The notes beneath the pieces were generated by a model that was given only the letters and a program-made list of their open reading frames with translations, searched no databases and was not told the origin of the DNA. A DNA stretch of 64,000 nt from a virus (taxonomy: Duplodnaviria; Caudoviricetes): positions 1,932 through 65,931 of IMG/VR virus record IMGVR_UViG_3300036985_005808. The stretch is one strand, 5' to 3'. Position 1 is the first letter of the stretch; each line of letters begins with the position of its first letter. The translations under genes were made by a program, and so were the position numbers. Below are positions 26,628 to 36,843 of the stretch, piece by piece.

Positions 26628-26926
26628 TGTCTAACTACGTTGCAACCAGCCCATACTATCAAACTGGATACAGTCAGTTTTTTCTTGATGTCATGGTCAA
26701 TCGGCCCATACCCAAAGAATCTGACGATTTAGAATTTATTATCAACCAAACGTATCAGTACCGCCCAGACTTACTTGCGTTTGATTTGTATCAAGATTCA
26801 GCCCTTTGGTGGGTATTTTATCAACGCAATCCCAATACATTAACTGCACCCCCATTGGATTTTGCATCTGGTGTGACAATATTTTTACCAAAACTCAACA
26901 CGCTGAAAGCCTCACTGGGATTCTGA
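26627..26926 (+). CDS. Baseplate wedge LysM-like protein (gp53/GpX-like)
   Basis: YQYRPDLLAFDLYQDSALWWVFYQRN motif. Confidence 0.8.
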   Translation: MSNYVATSPYYQTGYSQFFLDVMVNRPIPKESDDLEFIINQTYQYRPDLLAFDLYQDSALWWVFYQRNPNTLTAPPLDFASGVTIFLPKLNTLKASLGF

Positions 26927-26929
26927 TAG

Positions 26930-29899
26930 ATGGCAACTAACCCTAATACTCCTCCGCCAAAAAAAGTCACGCGATCTGGCCAGATAAAAAAAGACCCGCC
27001 AAAAACTCTGCCAACCAATGCTGTGCTAGCAAACGCACCGGCCCTGGCTCCTGCTGCTGCGCCAGCAAAAGCACCGGCCAATGATCGAAGAATGAATGAT
27101 GTGGCTTCAACAGTCACAACTGGAGATTTTGCCCGCCGTGACCGAGAAGACTTTAAAAATCCACGTGCGCCAACCACTTCCACAGAAATCAACAATGGCT
27201 TCAACAAAACAGTCAAGATAACACCACAGCCCAACATACTTGATCAATATCCAAGCTATACTTATAATGTATCAGTTTATCTAACAAGTCCTGCACAATA
27301 CCGACAACTGGTCGGACTGAAACAGCGCAACGTAAATGGCTACAATCTATTGTTTCAAAGTGGTGGCGCACCTACCAATATAGGAGGGCCGCAGGGTGCA
27401 TTAGGTCCCGACGCCCCGTCGAATGATCGAAAACTAAATGATTTTAAAACAACACCCCAGACACCAACCGCCGATGCGCCAGACGCCGGCCGCAACCCAT
27501 TTTTTCCCAACGATTTTTATATTGATAGTGTTACCATTGAAAATCAGTTTCCTGGCAAACAAACCAATGCAGCACACATGGTCACTGATATAAAATTTAC
27601 AGTGATGGAGCCGGGCGGAATCACATTACTTGATAGACTGTATGAGGCGGTACAAGATTTTGCACCCCTTGACGCCACGGGTGCAGTGAACTATACCGCA
27701 GCACAATACCTCATGATTGTTCGATGGTATGGGTTTGACCTAAATGGAAATATGGTAAAACCAGGAGTCAGAGACGCTGCAGGGCTGAGCGACCCAACGG
27801 CCCTCGTCGAAAAATACATTCCATTCATTATCCAAAAAATCAATTGGCAAGTGAACAACAAACTGGTATCATATGATTTTGAATGTGCCCCAATAGGACA
27901 GCAAACTGGAGGTAGTACTGCTCGTGGCACCATACCCTATGACATTGAATTGACAGATTCTAATGTGGCAGGATTGTTAGACGGTCCTACCACGTATGGA
28001 GCAATTTTGCCCAACAACGCAGCAGCCGCGGCACCAGAAGCCAATGATCGAAGAAGGAATGATGTGGCTTCAAAAGTCACAACTGGAGATTTTGCCCGAG
28101 CTGACCGAGCCGCACAAGCCAAGGCCACAGCCGCACCAGCCAAGGCCACAGCCGCACCCACACCAAAAAAAACTATCAAGGCCGGGCTTATGGGTGCTAT
28201 GAATAAATTTCAACAAGAATTGGTTGAAAAAGGAATTTATCAGTATGCAGATGAATACTCAATTGCATTTCCGCCAGGACTCCCGGGAGCACCAAACATT
28301 GGTGAGGGTAAAATTACCAAACCAGATGCTGTGGTAAACAAAAGTTCCACGGCCATGTCGACGACGGCTACCACCGATCCCAAAATGATAGATCCCGCTC
28401 GAACACGCACAGACAGGTCCACACGAAATTTTAGTATCACAGCAGGACAACAAATTTTACAAGCCATTGAATTGGCCATACGCAATAGCAGTTACATATA
28501 CAATCAGGCTGCCATACAAAGATCAGAAGAAACACAGCCAGACCCTGCTAAAGAAGCAGCTGGCACCCAGGACGATAATCAAATAGACCAGGCACAACCA
28601 ACAGAAACCAACATATGGTGGTATTTGATCAGTATGGAATGTATCCCCACCAAGTACGACGAAAAACGCAATGACTATGCCTACCAAATTAATTACAAAG
28701 TGACACCTTACCAAGTTCAAAATTTCAACAGTAAATATTACCCAATACCAAAATTCTTAGGCATACACAAAGAGTATAGATATTGGTTCACAGGAGAGAA
28801 TATTGCGGTATTGGATTATCAGGCCACATTCAATTATCTTTATAATATGACAGTCAACGGCTCTGAACCTGGCAATAATAATTTGAGTAAACTGAGAAAA
28901 ATACGGGCCAGCAGCATGCGAGAATTAACCAAATATGTTTATCAGGCAGCCAGTAGTGAAAGTTGGGCAGGAGCACAGGTCAATTCCAACGATATTGGGG
29001 CCAACGCTGCCGAATCATTGTATAGCCCGGGCGATCTTGCCAGAGGAAAAATAAAAATTATAGGAGACCCTGCCTGGATACAGCAAGGCAGTGTGTTCGG
29101 AGTGATTGGGCAACAAGTGGCCGGCGCAGCCGAAGGATTTTTACCTGACGGTACTATAAATTTTGATTCACAACAGGTCCTGTTTGCTATTGAATGGCAA
29201 CGTCCACAAGACTACAATTTAAACACCGGCCTGGCTGACCCATACGACACAGGGGATACGCAAAGAAAACCAGTCAACAGTTATGTGTATCTAGCTACCA
29301 AGTGTGTTTCAGAATTCCGTCAAGGAAAATTTGAACAAACAATTGATGGAATATTGTATTATTATCCAACAGAAAATTTAAAAAATACAGTGGCCGGGGC
29401 GTCGGCAGCTGATGCCGATGCCGAAGCAGCCGCCAACGGTGAACGTACAACACCAAGTGAGAGACGATTGGCTGAATCTAACCGAGCGGCAGCATCACCA
29501 TCCAGTACCACTCAACTGGCAACATCACGAGTTGCTAAACCACAAGCAGGCGCAGGCCGTGGTTTTGTAAATCCTCCTTTTGTAAGACCAGCTGCTACCA
29601 AGATTGTCCCGCCACTCCCGGCAGTACTCCCAAAACCTTCTAGTACTAGCAGAAACACATCTAGTACCGTGGGCAATTTGAAAAATAAGCCAGCCACTGA
29701 TACCACTGGTCAACAGTTGCCTGTACCTGCTGTAACAAGTCCTACTAAATTAGCAGCAGGTCAGCAACCAGGTCAACGTTACATGGTCAACGATCGACCA
29801 GCAACCAAGGAGGAATACGACGCTGCACAAAAACGTATGAGCACAATGCAGATCAATCTCCAGAAGCTAAACCTTGGCGCCGTAAACCTTCCAGGATAA
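26930..29899 (+). CDS. Baseplate hub protein (gp27/GpD-like)
   Basis: Lies between the LysM protein and the spike; KIKIIGDPAWI and YLATKCVSEFRQGKFEQTI hub-type motifs. Confidence 0.65.
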   Translation: MATNPNTPPPKKVTRSGQIKKDPPKTLPTNAVLANAPALAPAAAPAKAPANDRRMNDVASTVTTGDFARRDREDFKNPRAPTTSTEINNGFNKTVKITPQPNILDQYPSYTYNVSVYLTSPAQYRQLVGLKQRNVNGYNLLFQSGGAPTNIGGPQGALGPDAPSNDRKLNDFKTTPQTPTADAPDAGRNPFFPNDFYIDSVTIENQFPGKQTNAAHMVTDIKFTVMEPGGITLLDRLYEAVQDFAPLDATGAVNYTAAQYLMIVRWYGFDLNGNMVKPGVRDAAGLSDPTALVEKYIPFIIQKINWQVNNKLVSYDFECAPIGQQTGGSTARGTIPYDIELTDSNVAGLLDGPTTYGAILPNNAAAAAPEANDRRRNDVASKVTTGDFARADRAAQAKATAAPAKATAAPTPKKTIKAGLMGAMNKFQQELVEKGIYQYADEYSIAFPPGLPGAPNIGEGKITKPDAVVNKSSTAMSTTATTDPKMIDPARTRTDRSTRNFSITAGQQILQAIELAIRNSSYIYNQAAIQRSEETQPDPAKEAAGTQDDNQIDQAQPTETNIWWYLISMECIPTKYDEKRNDYAYQINYKVTPYQVQNFNSKYYPIPKFLGIHKEYRYWFTGENIAVLDYQATFNYLYNMTVNGSEPGNNNLSKLRKIRASSMRELTKYVYQAASSESWAGAQVNSNDIGANAAESLYSPGDLARGKIKIIGDPAWIQQGSVFGVIGQQVAGAAEGFLPDGTINFDSQQVLFAIEWQRPQDYNLNTGLADPYDTGDTQRKPVNSYVYLATKCVSEFRQGKFEQTIDGILYYYPTENLKNTVAGASAADADAEAAANGERTTPSERRLAESNRAAASPSSTTQLATSRVAKPQAGAGRGFVNPPFVRPAATKIVPPLPAVLPKPSSTSRNTSSTVGNLKNKPATDTTGQQLPVPAVTSPTKLAAGQQPGQRYMVNDRPATKEEYDAAQKRMSTMQINLQKLNLGAVNLPG

Positions 29900-29902
29900 C
29901 TC

Positions 29903-31402
29903 ATGTCAGAAAATACTCAGAGAAGCCGCGGTCGTCCCGGCAATTATAAATTAAACCGCGGAGGAGTACCATCCGAAGGCGGACCCTTCTTGGGCACTGT
30001 GATGAACAATATTGATCCTGTGCGCAGCGGCCGATTGCAAGTGTTCTTGACCAATTTCAACGACGGTGACATGAACGATACCAGCAAATGGACCACAGTG
30101 GATTACCTTCCCAGTTTTTACGGTGCCACGCCAAAATCAGGAACCGGCGAAGGTGCCGGAACATATCCTGGCAATCGCAACAGCTACGGCATGTGGTTTA
30201 CCACACCAGATGTTGGTGTGGATGTGGTGTGTATATTCATCAATGGCGATAGAGATCAAGGATACTACATTGGAGTGGTGCCCGAACAAGGTATCAATCA
30301 TATGATACCGGCAATTGGCGCCGCTGCCAATTATGTCACGCAAAATATCAATCAACAAGCATATCTTGACAAGGCCACACAGGCTCCAGTGACTGAAATA
30401 AATGATTCAAATCTTGCGGTGTCAAACAATCCACGATTTTTTGATCAGCCAAAACCAGTACACAGTGTGCTGGCTGCCACAATGTTTCAACAAGGACTAA
30501 TCAACGACACCGAACGTGGGCCAATTGGCAGCAGCAGTCAACGTGAATCCCCCAGTGCAGTGTTTGGCATAAGCACTCCAGGAATTGCAGTATATCAAGG
30601 TGGTGCCAGCCCCGGTGACATTCGTAGTAAAATCAACGACGGCAGTCTAAAACCAAAAGATGTGCAAATAATTGGACGCATGGGAGGACATACTCTGGTA
30701 ATGGACGATGGCAATATTGATGGCAACAATGCATTATTTCGATTGCGCTCCGCCAAAGGCCATCAAATAACCATGAGTGATTCAGGAGACTTTTTTTACA
30801 TCACGCATGCCAATGGGCAAACATGGTTGGAGTTTGGAGCACAAGGCACAGTTGATATATTCAGCACCAACTCAGTCAACCTTCGCACGCAAGGTGATAT
30901 AAATCTTCAGGCGGATAGAGATATCAACATGCAAGCTGGTCGCAACATCAATATCAAATCTCTAGCAGATACTGTAATAGAATCTGGAGCAAATTTCACT
31001 ACCACAGCACAAAAAACTCTGCAACTGTACAGTAAAACTGCTATCACAGTGCTGTCAGATGGCACGTTGGCCTTGGACAGTTCTACTGGCAGTTGGAACG
31101 GCGGTAGCACATTGATATTTTCTGCAGGCGGTATAGATCTCAATGGGCCACAAGCAAACTCAGTTGAACAACCACTGCCATTACTAACAACTAAATTTGA
31201 CAGCACAGAATTTAATACCAGCACAGGATGGAAAGTCATTACCGATGGAATGGAAAGCATTGTGAGTCGTGCTCCTACTCACGAACCATATCCCTATCAC
31301 AACAAAGGAGTAGATGTCAAAATCTCTCTTGAACAAGGCAAGCCGCCGCCACCTCCAGGCGCGGTGCCGGTGCCTCCGGGCGTCACCCTCACCGCGGTGT
31401 AA
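29903..31402 (+). CDS. Baseplate central spike (gp5/GpV/VgrG-like)
   Basis: OB-fold DPVRSGRLQV...GMWFTTPDVGVDV..F.NGD...YYIG, beta-helix repeats, C-terminal PTHEPYPYH. Confidence 0.85.
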   Translation: MSENTQRSRGRPGNYKLNRGGVPSEGGPFLGTVMNNIDPVRSGRLQVFLTNFNDGDMNDTSKWTTVDYLPSFYGATPKSGTGEGAGTYPGNRNSYGMWFTTPDVGVDVVCIFINGDRDQGYYIGVVPEQGINHMIPAIGAAANYVTQNINQQAYLDKATQAPVTEINDSNLAVSNNPRFFDQPKPVHSVLAATMFQQGLINDTERGPIGSSSQRESPSAVFGISTPGIAVYQGGASPGDIRSKINDGSLKPKDVQIIGRMGGHTLVMDDGNIDGNNALFRLRSAKGHQITMSDSGDFFYITHANGQTWLEFGAQGTVDIFSTNSVNLRTQGDINLQADRDINMQAGRNINIKSLADTVIESGANFTTTAQKTLQLYSKTAITVLSDGTLALDSSTGSWNGGSTLIFSAGGIDLNGPQANSVEQPLPLLTTKFDSTEFNTSTGWKVITDGMESIVSRAPTHEPYPYHNKGVDVKISLEQGKPPPPPGAVPVPPGVTLTAV

Positions 31403-31403
31403 T

Positions 31404-32924
31404 ATGGCATCTTTTTCATTCAACATAGATCAATTCCGTAAACAGGCTGAGACAATTGAGGCAAATCTGTATGCCAGTACCCCTGACGAAAAATTAACAT
31501 ACACTGGCACAGATTCTGGGGTGTGGGACAGAGTAAATTCTGAACGGCAACGCAGAAATCTGCCAGGTCTAGCTGCCATTGGCAGCCCACGGCCGCCAGA
31601 GGACACTACCACTCCTGCTGCATCTGGCGGCGGCACAGACCAAGACGGCAATGCAAAGCAATTCATAGTAGATGGTCCGGCCACGCTGACTAGAGAACAA
31701 GCACAGGCCATATTTGAAAAGCAAGTTAACACTGGTGGGCTGGTTGGATTCAAACCAGGGGATGTGCTTAGTTCGCTCACTCAGGCTGCTGGTGGTCTAA
31801 AATCAGCACCGGCCATAGCAGTGACCAACAACCCACTGTCCACCATTGCACCAACTTCAAATATTCCTACTGGTATCAGTGGTATAACATCTTCAGTGGT
31901 AAAAATACCAGTTACCAATGGTATCAATCCGGCTGATTTTGTAAAAGCAATACCAGCAGTGGCAAGTATAGGCAAATTGACCCCAGATCAAGTGACTGGC
32001 AGTCTGGCTCAACTTAGTAAATTGGTAAATCAACCGTCACATGTGATGAGCAACACCAGCAGTATAGGAAATTTTGGAATGGACGCCACGCAGCTGGAAA
32101 ATGCTGGATATGTCAAACCAGGCACAGCAGCCAAATATCTAGCCAGCGGGCAAAATGCCTTGACCAATGTGTTGGCCAGCCCGTCGGTATGGACTGGCAA
32201 GAATGGCATAAATCAAGTTGAAAACTTGCTGAACAATCCATCAGCACAGAGCAGTATTCAACAGGGATTGATGGCCAAAGGAGTCACACAACTCAACGGA
32301 CTAGGACTGCCAGTAGACAAATTGCCATCACAATTGTTGAGTGGAGTGGCACTGAACTCCAGTCAAGATGTCACTGGCACATTGAACTGGGCTCAAGGCA
32401 AAATAGCACAACTGCCACAAGGCACAGCCACACAATACACGCAAACAGCCAAAGATTCTGCATTTGCAGTCAATCTAGTGAATGAAAAAATCAGTCAAGA
32501 ATCTCTCAATCAACAACCGGTAAGCAACCCTACCAACACTGTGGATCGAGCCACATTGACTGCTGCGGTCAGCCGTGTGGTGGGCAATGAAAAAATACCA
32601 AAATTAAATTTTGGAGGCATCTCGTTTGACAGTGTGGCAGAGTTAGCATTTAAAAATCTCAGTCAACAGGCAGCAACTGCGGAAACAAAAACAAACAATA
32701 TTTTCAATGAAAGTATAACTGTAGAAAATGCAGAAATTAGACAGGCCAAACTAAACGCATTGACAGCAGATATTACCAGGATTCAAACTGAATTTGGCAA
32801 TCTAAAAATGATCAGCAGTGCACCGGCGTTTGTTACCAAAGTTGACCAGGCAATTGCCAATGCAACATTATTATTAGAATTAATTGCAACTGATATTGCA
32901 AATATTCAACGATACTTGGCATAA
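31404..32924 (+). CDS. Baseplate-associated protein with possible degenerate lysozyme-like domain
   Basis: Start probably ATG 31404; IGNFGMDATQLENAGYVKPG...WTGKNGI..LLNNPSAQ segment. Confidence 0.55.
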   Translation: MASFSFNIDQFRKQAETIEANLYASTPDEKLTYTGTDSGVWDRVNSERQRRNLPGLAAIGSPRPPEDTTTPAASGGGTDQDGNAKQFIVDGPATLTREQAQAIFEKQVNTGGLVGFKPGDVLSSLTQAAGGLKSAPAIAVTNNPLSTIAPTSNIPTGISGITSSVVKIPVTNGINPADFVKAIPAVASIGKLTPDQVTGSLAQLSKLVNQPSHVMSNTSSIGNFGMDATQLENAGYVKPGTAAKYLASGQNALTNVLASPSVWTGKNGINQVENLLNNPSAQSSIQQGLMAKGVTQLNGLGLPVDKLPSQLLSGVALNSSQDVTGTLNWAQGKIAQLPQGTATQYTQTAKDSAFAVNLVNEKISQESLNQQPVSNPTNTVDRATLTAAVSRVVGNEKIPKLNFGGISFDSVAELAFKNLSQQAATAETKTNNIFNESITVENAEIRQAKLNALTADITRIQTEFGNLKMISSAPAFVTKVDQAIANATLLLELIATDIANIQRYLA

Positions 32925-32932
32925 TTTGTTGG

Positions 32933-32940
32933 TATAAATA
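32933..32940 (+). promoter_or_regulatory. Late promoter TATAAATA
   Basis: Exact consensus 5 nt before the gp25 ATG. Confidence 0.8.
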
Positions 32941-32945
32941 TCAGC

Positions 32946-33320
32946 ATGGCAACATTCATCGGCTTCAACACCATCGATCAGTACAAAACTTTTACATTGA
33001 CTGATTTTGATTTGATCAAACGTGATCTATTGAATGCATTTAACATACGGCAAGGACAGGTGCCCGGCCGACCACAAGTGGGTACTACAATTTGGGATTT
33101 TGTGTTTGAACCGCAGGTGATACAGACTCAGAATCAATTGCAGGCCGAAATACAACGAGTGGTGGCCGGAGATCCTAGACTGGTTGTGAGTGATGTACAG
33201 GCCTATCCACAGGAAAATGGAATTTTGATTCAAATAGCACTCACTGTAATCCCATCTCAAAATGCTGAACTATTGAGTATTTTCTTTGATCAGCAACAAC
33301 GCAAAGCTTCATATCAATAA
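32946..33320 (+). CDS. gp25: Baseplate wedge subunit gp25-like
   Basis: LIKRDLLNAFNIRQGQVPGRPQVGTTIWDFVFEP...DPRL (GPW_gp25 pattern). Confidence 0.88.
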   Translation: MATFIGFNTIDQYKTFTLTDFDLIKRDLLNAFNIRQGQVPGRPQVGTTIWDFVFEPQVIQTQNQLQAEIQRVVAGDPRLVVSDVQAYPQENGILIQIALTVIPSQNAELLSIFFDQQQRKASYQ

Positions 33321-33375
33321 GTACGCTGTTTTTATTAACCATAAATACTTCTAATGACAACAGGGTTATATAATA

Positions 33376-36300
33376 ATGGCAACAACCACTAGACAAACAG
33401 CAATCTTTGGTGTGGAGGATTGGAAGCAGATCTATCAAACGTATAGAGAAGCAGACTTTCAAAGTTATGATTTTGAAACGCTACGCAAGAGTTTTGTTGA
33501 TTATCTACGATTGTACTATCCTGAGACATTCAATGATTATATAGAATCAAGTGAATTTATTGCCTTGCTCGATGTCATGGCGTTCATGGGACAAGCACTG
33601 GCATTCCGCACAGACTTAAACACCAGAGAAAATTATCTCGACACTGCTGAACGTAGAGATTCGGTAGTACGTTTGGCCAATCTAGTGAGCTATACTGCCA
33701 AACGCAACACCGCGGCTGAAGGCATGCTCAAGGTATTTGACGTGACCACAACCGAAAATGTGGTAGACTACAATGGTGTAAATTTATCCAACGTCACAGT
33801 AAACTGGGCAGATCCCACCAATCCAGACTGGCAAGAACAATTCACAGCCATTGTAAATGCTGCATTGGTAGACACTCAACGAGTTGGTCGTCCAGGAAAC
33901 CGGCAAACTATTTTGGGTGTGCGGACTGATGAATATGCAGTGAATCTAGTTCCTGGATTTTTACCAGTAATTCCTTATACAGCCACCATTGACGGTGTGA
34001 ACATGCCGTTTGAAGCAGTAACTGCTACCAGTATAGGTAGAGATTACGTGTACGAACCCAGTCCAGTACCTAGCACAGCATTTAACGTGTTGTTTCGCAG
34101 TGATCAGTTGGGGTTTAGTTCTGCAAACACAGGCTATTTCTTTTTGTTCAAACAAGGCATACTGACCAATACTGATTTTAATTTAGCCGAACGCATTAGC
34201 AATCGCACAGTGAACATCAATGTTGACGGTGTAAACAACACAGATAGATGGGTGTTTCAGTTGGATAACCTGGGCAACATCAATCGTGAATGGACATATG
34301 TGGAAAGCGTGTATGCCGCAGCGGCTGAACAAACAGTGGCTCTGCGACCTATTTACAGCACTACCAGCAGAAGTAATGATCAAATAACATTGGTATTTGG
34401 TGACGGAGTGTTTTCTGAAATCCCAACAGGCATTTTTAGATGTTACACTCGTGCATCAAATGGTCTTCAGTATATTATCAATCCAGCAGACATGCAAAAC
34501 GTGGCCATTCCAATCAGTTATACTGACCGCAATGGTAATCTTCAAACCATTACGTTCACATGTGGTATTACTCAACCAGTAACCAATTCACAAGCACGTG
34601 AGTCAATTGATGCAATCAAACAACGTGCGCCAGCTCGTTATTACACACAAAATCGCATGGTCAACGGCGAAGACTATAATTTGTTTCCGTATACTGAATA
34701 CAATTCTATTGTGAAATCAAAGGCATTGAATCGCAGTTCAATTGGTACCAGTAGATACCTTGATCTAGTTGACAACACCGGCAAGTACAGTTCAACCAAC
34801 ACATTCAGTAGTGATGGTGCTGTGTGGGAACAAAATATCCTTCCAACTGAGTTATTCACCTACATCAATCGCAATGATATTGCAGACTTTGTGACCAACA
34901 CTGCACAACCGCAGTTGGATCAAGCCACAATGAAGCAGTTTTATTATGCAAATTTTCCCAGAGTGACCATAAACACTGGTACCACTGCTCTCAGCACCTG
35001 GAATCAAAGCACAACTCTAGCCAACGAAACCACAGGCTATTTTAGAAATGCAATAGTCTCGGCCACCTGGCCCAATGGAACACCAATACCAGTTGGAACC
35101 AGCACCACTAGCAATTTTAAATATGTACAAGTGGGAAGTTTAATACAGTTTGTTGCGCCCACAATAAATGGTGTCACATACTATTTTGACCGTAATAACA
35201 AATTGCAACCCGGAACTCCCAGCAAACCTGACGAACGCACAGAGATTTGGGCGTCGGCACAGGCCATCATAGGTGATGGCTACAATGGCGGTGTTGGTAA
35301 TTTGTTGTCAGGGTCAGGACCAATTACCATCAACAATTTTGTGCCCACTGGTGCAGTGGTACAAGAAATTATACCATTGTTTGTTACAGATTTGCCAACA
35401 ATTTTAGAACAACAGATAGCCGAACAAATGCTATTGTTTCGCAATTTTGGATTGGGGTATGACAGTTTAGGAACAATCACCGGCACCATTGGCAATTGGT
35501 ACTTGATTACCAGTACCAATCTTGACACATCAGCTGCCTGGAGTCAAACAACACCAGGTGCTGCCGGTAATACCAGTGGTATAAATTCTGATGCCAGTTG
35601 GCTGGCACAATTTGTGGTGCAAAATCAAAACTACACTGTGACTTTTCGCGGACTTGCCTACTACTTTGGTAGTGTGTTGCAAACAAGATTTTTCTTTTAC
35701 GATGATCAATTGGTATACGACAGTCGCACCGGCACAGTGATCAAAGACTTTATCAATGTGTTGGCCATGAACACCAAACCCAATAGTACGTTGCCATTGG
35801 AAGGTGATGTGTATATGAATATTATTGGTCAGCCGGTGGAGTCTGACGGATACGTGGATGACTTTCAAGTGTTGGTCAGCTATCGAGATGCTGACAACGA
35901 TGGGGTACCAGACGATCCAGATTTCTTTGATACCATTGTGGGAACAACCTCCACATCTGGTCCATTTGTATTTTTCCAACAAACAGTGGATTTTGACAAT
36001 CTACAAAGATATCTGCTGGTAGAACAAGACGTGGTCAACTATGACTATGCTACCATTGATGATCTTGAATTGGTAAAAAGTGAATGGTCACCGGGACAGG
36101 TGTTTTATACCTACAACGATGATGCATTTTATTTGCTCAGTGTCAGTATTACCGGAGCAAGAACTTTGGTTGAACAAACAGGATGGATTGCTCAATCTGG
36201 TCGTCAACAGTTGTATTTTCAATATCGACATAATTCTCCGTTGACCAATCGAATTGATCCAGGCACCACAAATATCATTGATTTGTATGTGGTCACACTG

Positions 36301-36843
36301 AGTTATTATACTGCCTATCAAAATTGGATACGAGACACCACCGGCACGGTGATACAACCTGATACACCAACCATTGACGAATTATCAACAGCGTATCAAG
36401 GGTTACAAGATTATAAAATGATTTCAGACAACATTGTGTTGAATTCTGTAAATTTTAAACCGTTGTTTGGGGCAAAAGCCGCACAACAATTGAAAGCAAC
36501 CATCAAGGTAATCAAGGCGCAAAATTCCACAGCCAGCACTAGCGAAATCAAAAGCAGTGTGGTAACCGAAATGAACAGTTATTTTTCCATTGACAAATGG
36601 AATTTTGGCGATACATTTTATTTTTCAGAGTTGGCAGCATATCTACACCGCCAACTGGGAACCATTATAAGTTCAGTGGTGTTGGTGCCATTGGATACCC
36701 AGAAGAGTTTTGGAGACCTTTATGAAATCAGGTCTCAACCCAATGAAATTTTTGTCAACGCAGCTGATATAACTAACATTGATGTAATAGACGCATTGAC
36801 CAGTACCAATCTACGAACAGCACCGGGCAGCGGAGTTATCTAA
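33376..36843 (+). CDS. gp6: Baseplate wedge subunit gp6-like
   Basis: YDFETLR, ENYLDTAERRDSVVRLANLVSY, FGDGVF, ESIDAIKQRAP..YYTQNRMVNGEDY motifs; ATAAATA at 33341-33347. Confidence 0.9.
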   Translation: MATTTRQTAIFGVEDWKQIYQTYREADFQSYDFETLRKSFVDYLRLYYPETFNDYIESSEFIALLDVMAFMGQALAFRTDLNTRENYLDTAERRDSVVRLANLVSYTAKRNTAAEGMLKVFDVTTTENVVDYNGVNLSNVTVNWADPTNPDWQEQFTAIVNAALVDTQRVGRPGNRQTILGVRTDEYAVNLVPGFLPVIPYTATIDGVNMPFEAVTATSIGRDYVYEPSPVPSTAFNVLFRSDQLGFSSANTGYFFLFKQGILTNTDFNLAERISNRTVNINVDGVNNTDRWVFQLDNLGNINREWTYVESVYAAAAEQTVALRPIYSTTSRSNDQITLVFGDGVFSEIPTGIFRCYTRASNGLQYIINPADMQNVAIPISYTDRNGNLQTITFTCGITQPVTNSQARESIDAIKQRAPARYYTQNRMVNGEDYNLFPYTEYNSIVKSKALNRSSIGTSRYLDLVDNTGKYSSTNTFSSDGAVWEQNILPTELFTYINRNDIADFVTNTAQPQLDQATMKQFYYANFPRVTINTGTTALSTWNQSTTLANETTGYFRNAIVSATWPNGTPIPVGTSTTSNFKYVQVGSLIQFVAPTINGVTYYFDRNNKLQPGTPSKPDERTEIWASAQAIIGDGYNGGVGNLLSGSGPITINNFVPTGAVVQEIIPLFVTDLPTILEQQIAEQMLLFRNFGLGYDSLGTITGTIGNWYLITSTNLDTSAAWSQTTPGAAGNTSGINSDASWLAQFVVQNQNYTVTFRGLAYYFGSVLQTRFFFYDDQLVYDSRTGTVIKDFINVLAMNTKPNSTLPLEGDVYMNIIGQPVESDGYVDDFQVLVSYRDADNDGVPDDPDFFDTIVGTTSTSGPFVFFQQTVDFDNLQRYLLVEQDVVNYDYATIDDLELVKSEWSPGQVFYTYNDDAFYLLSVSITGARTLVEQTGWIAQSGRQQLYFQYRHNSPLTNRIDPGTTNIIDLYVVTLSYYTAYQNWIRDTTGTVIQPDTPTIDELSTAYQGLQDYKMISDNIVLNSVNFKPLFGAKAAQQLKATIKVIKAQNSTASTSEIKSSVVTEMNSYFSIDKWNFGDTFYFSELAAYLHRQLGTIISSVVLVPLDTQKSFGDLYEIRSQPNEIFVNAADITNIDVIDALTSTNLRTAPGSGVI

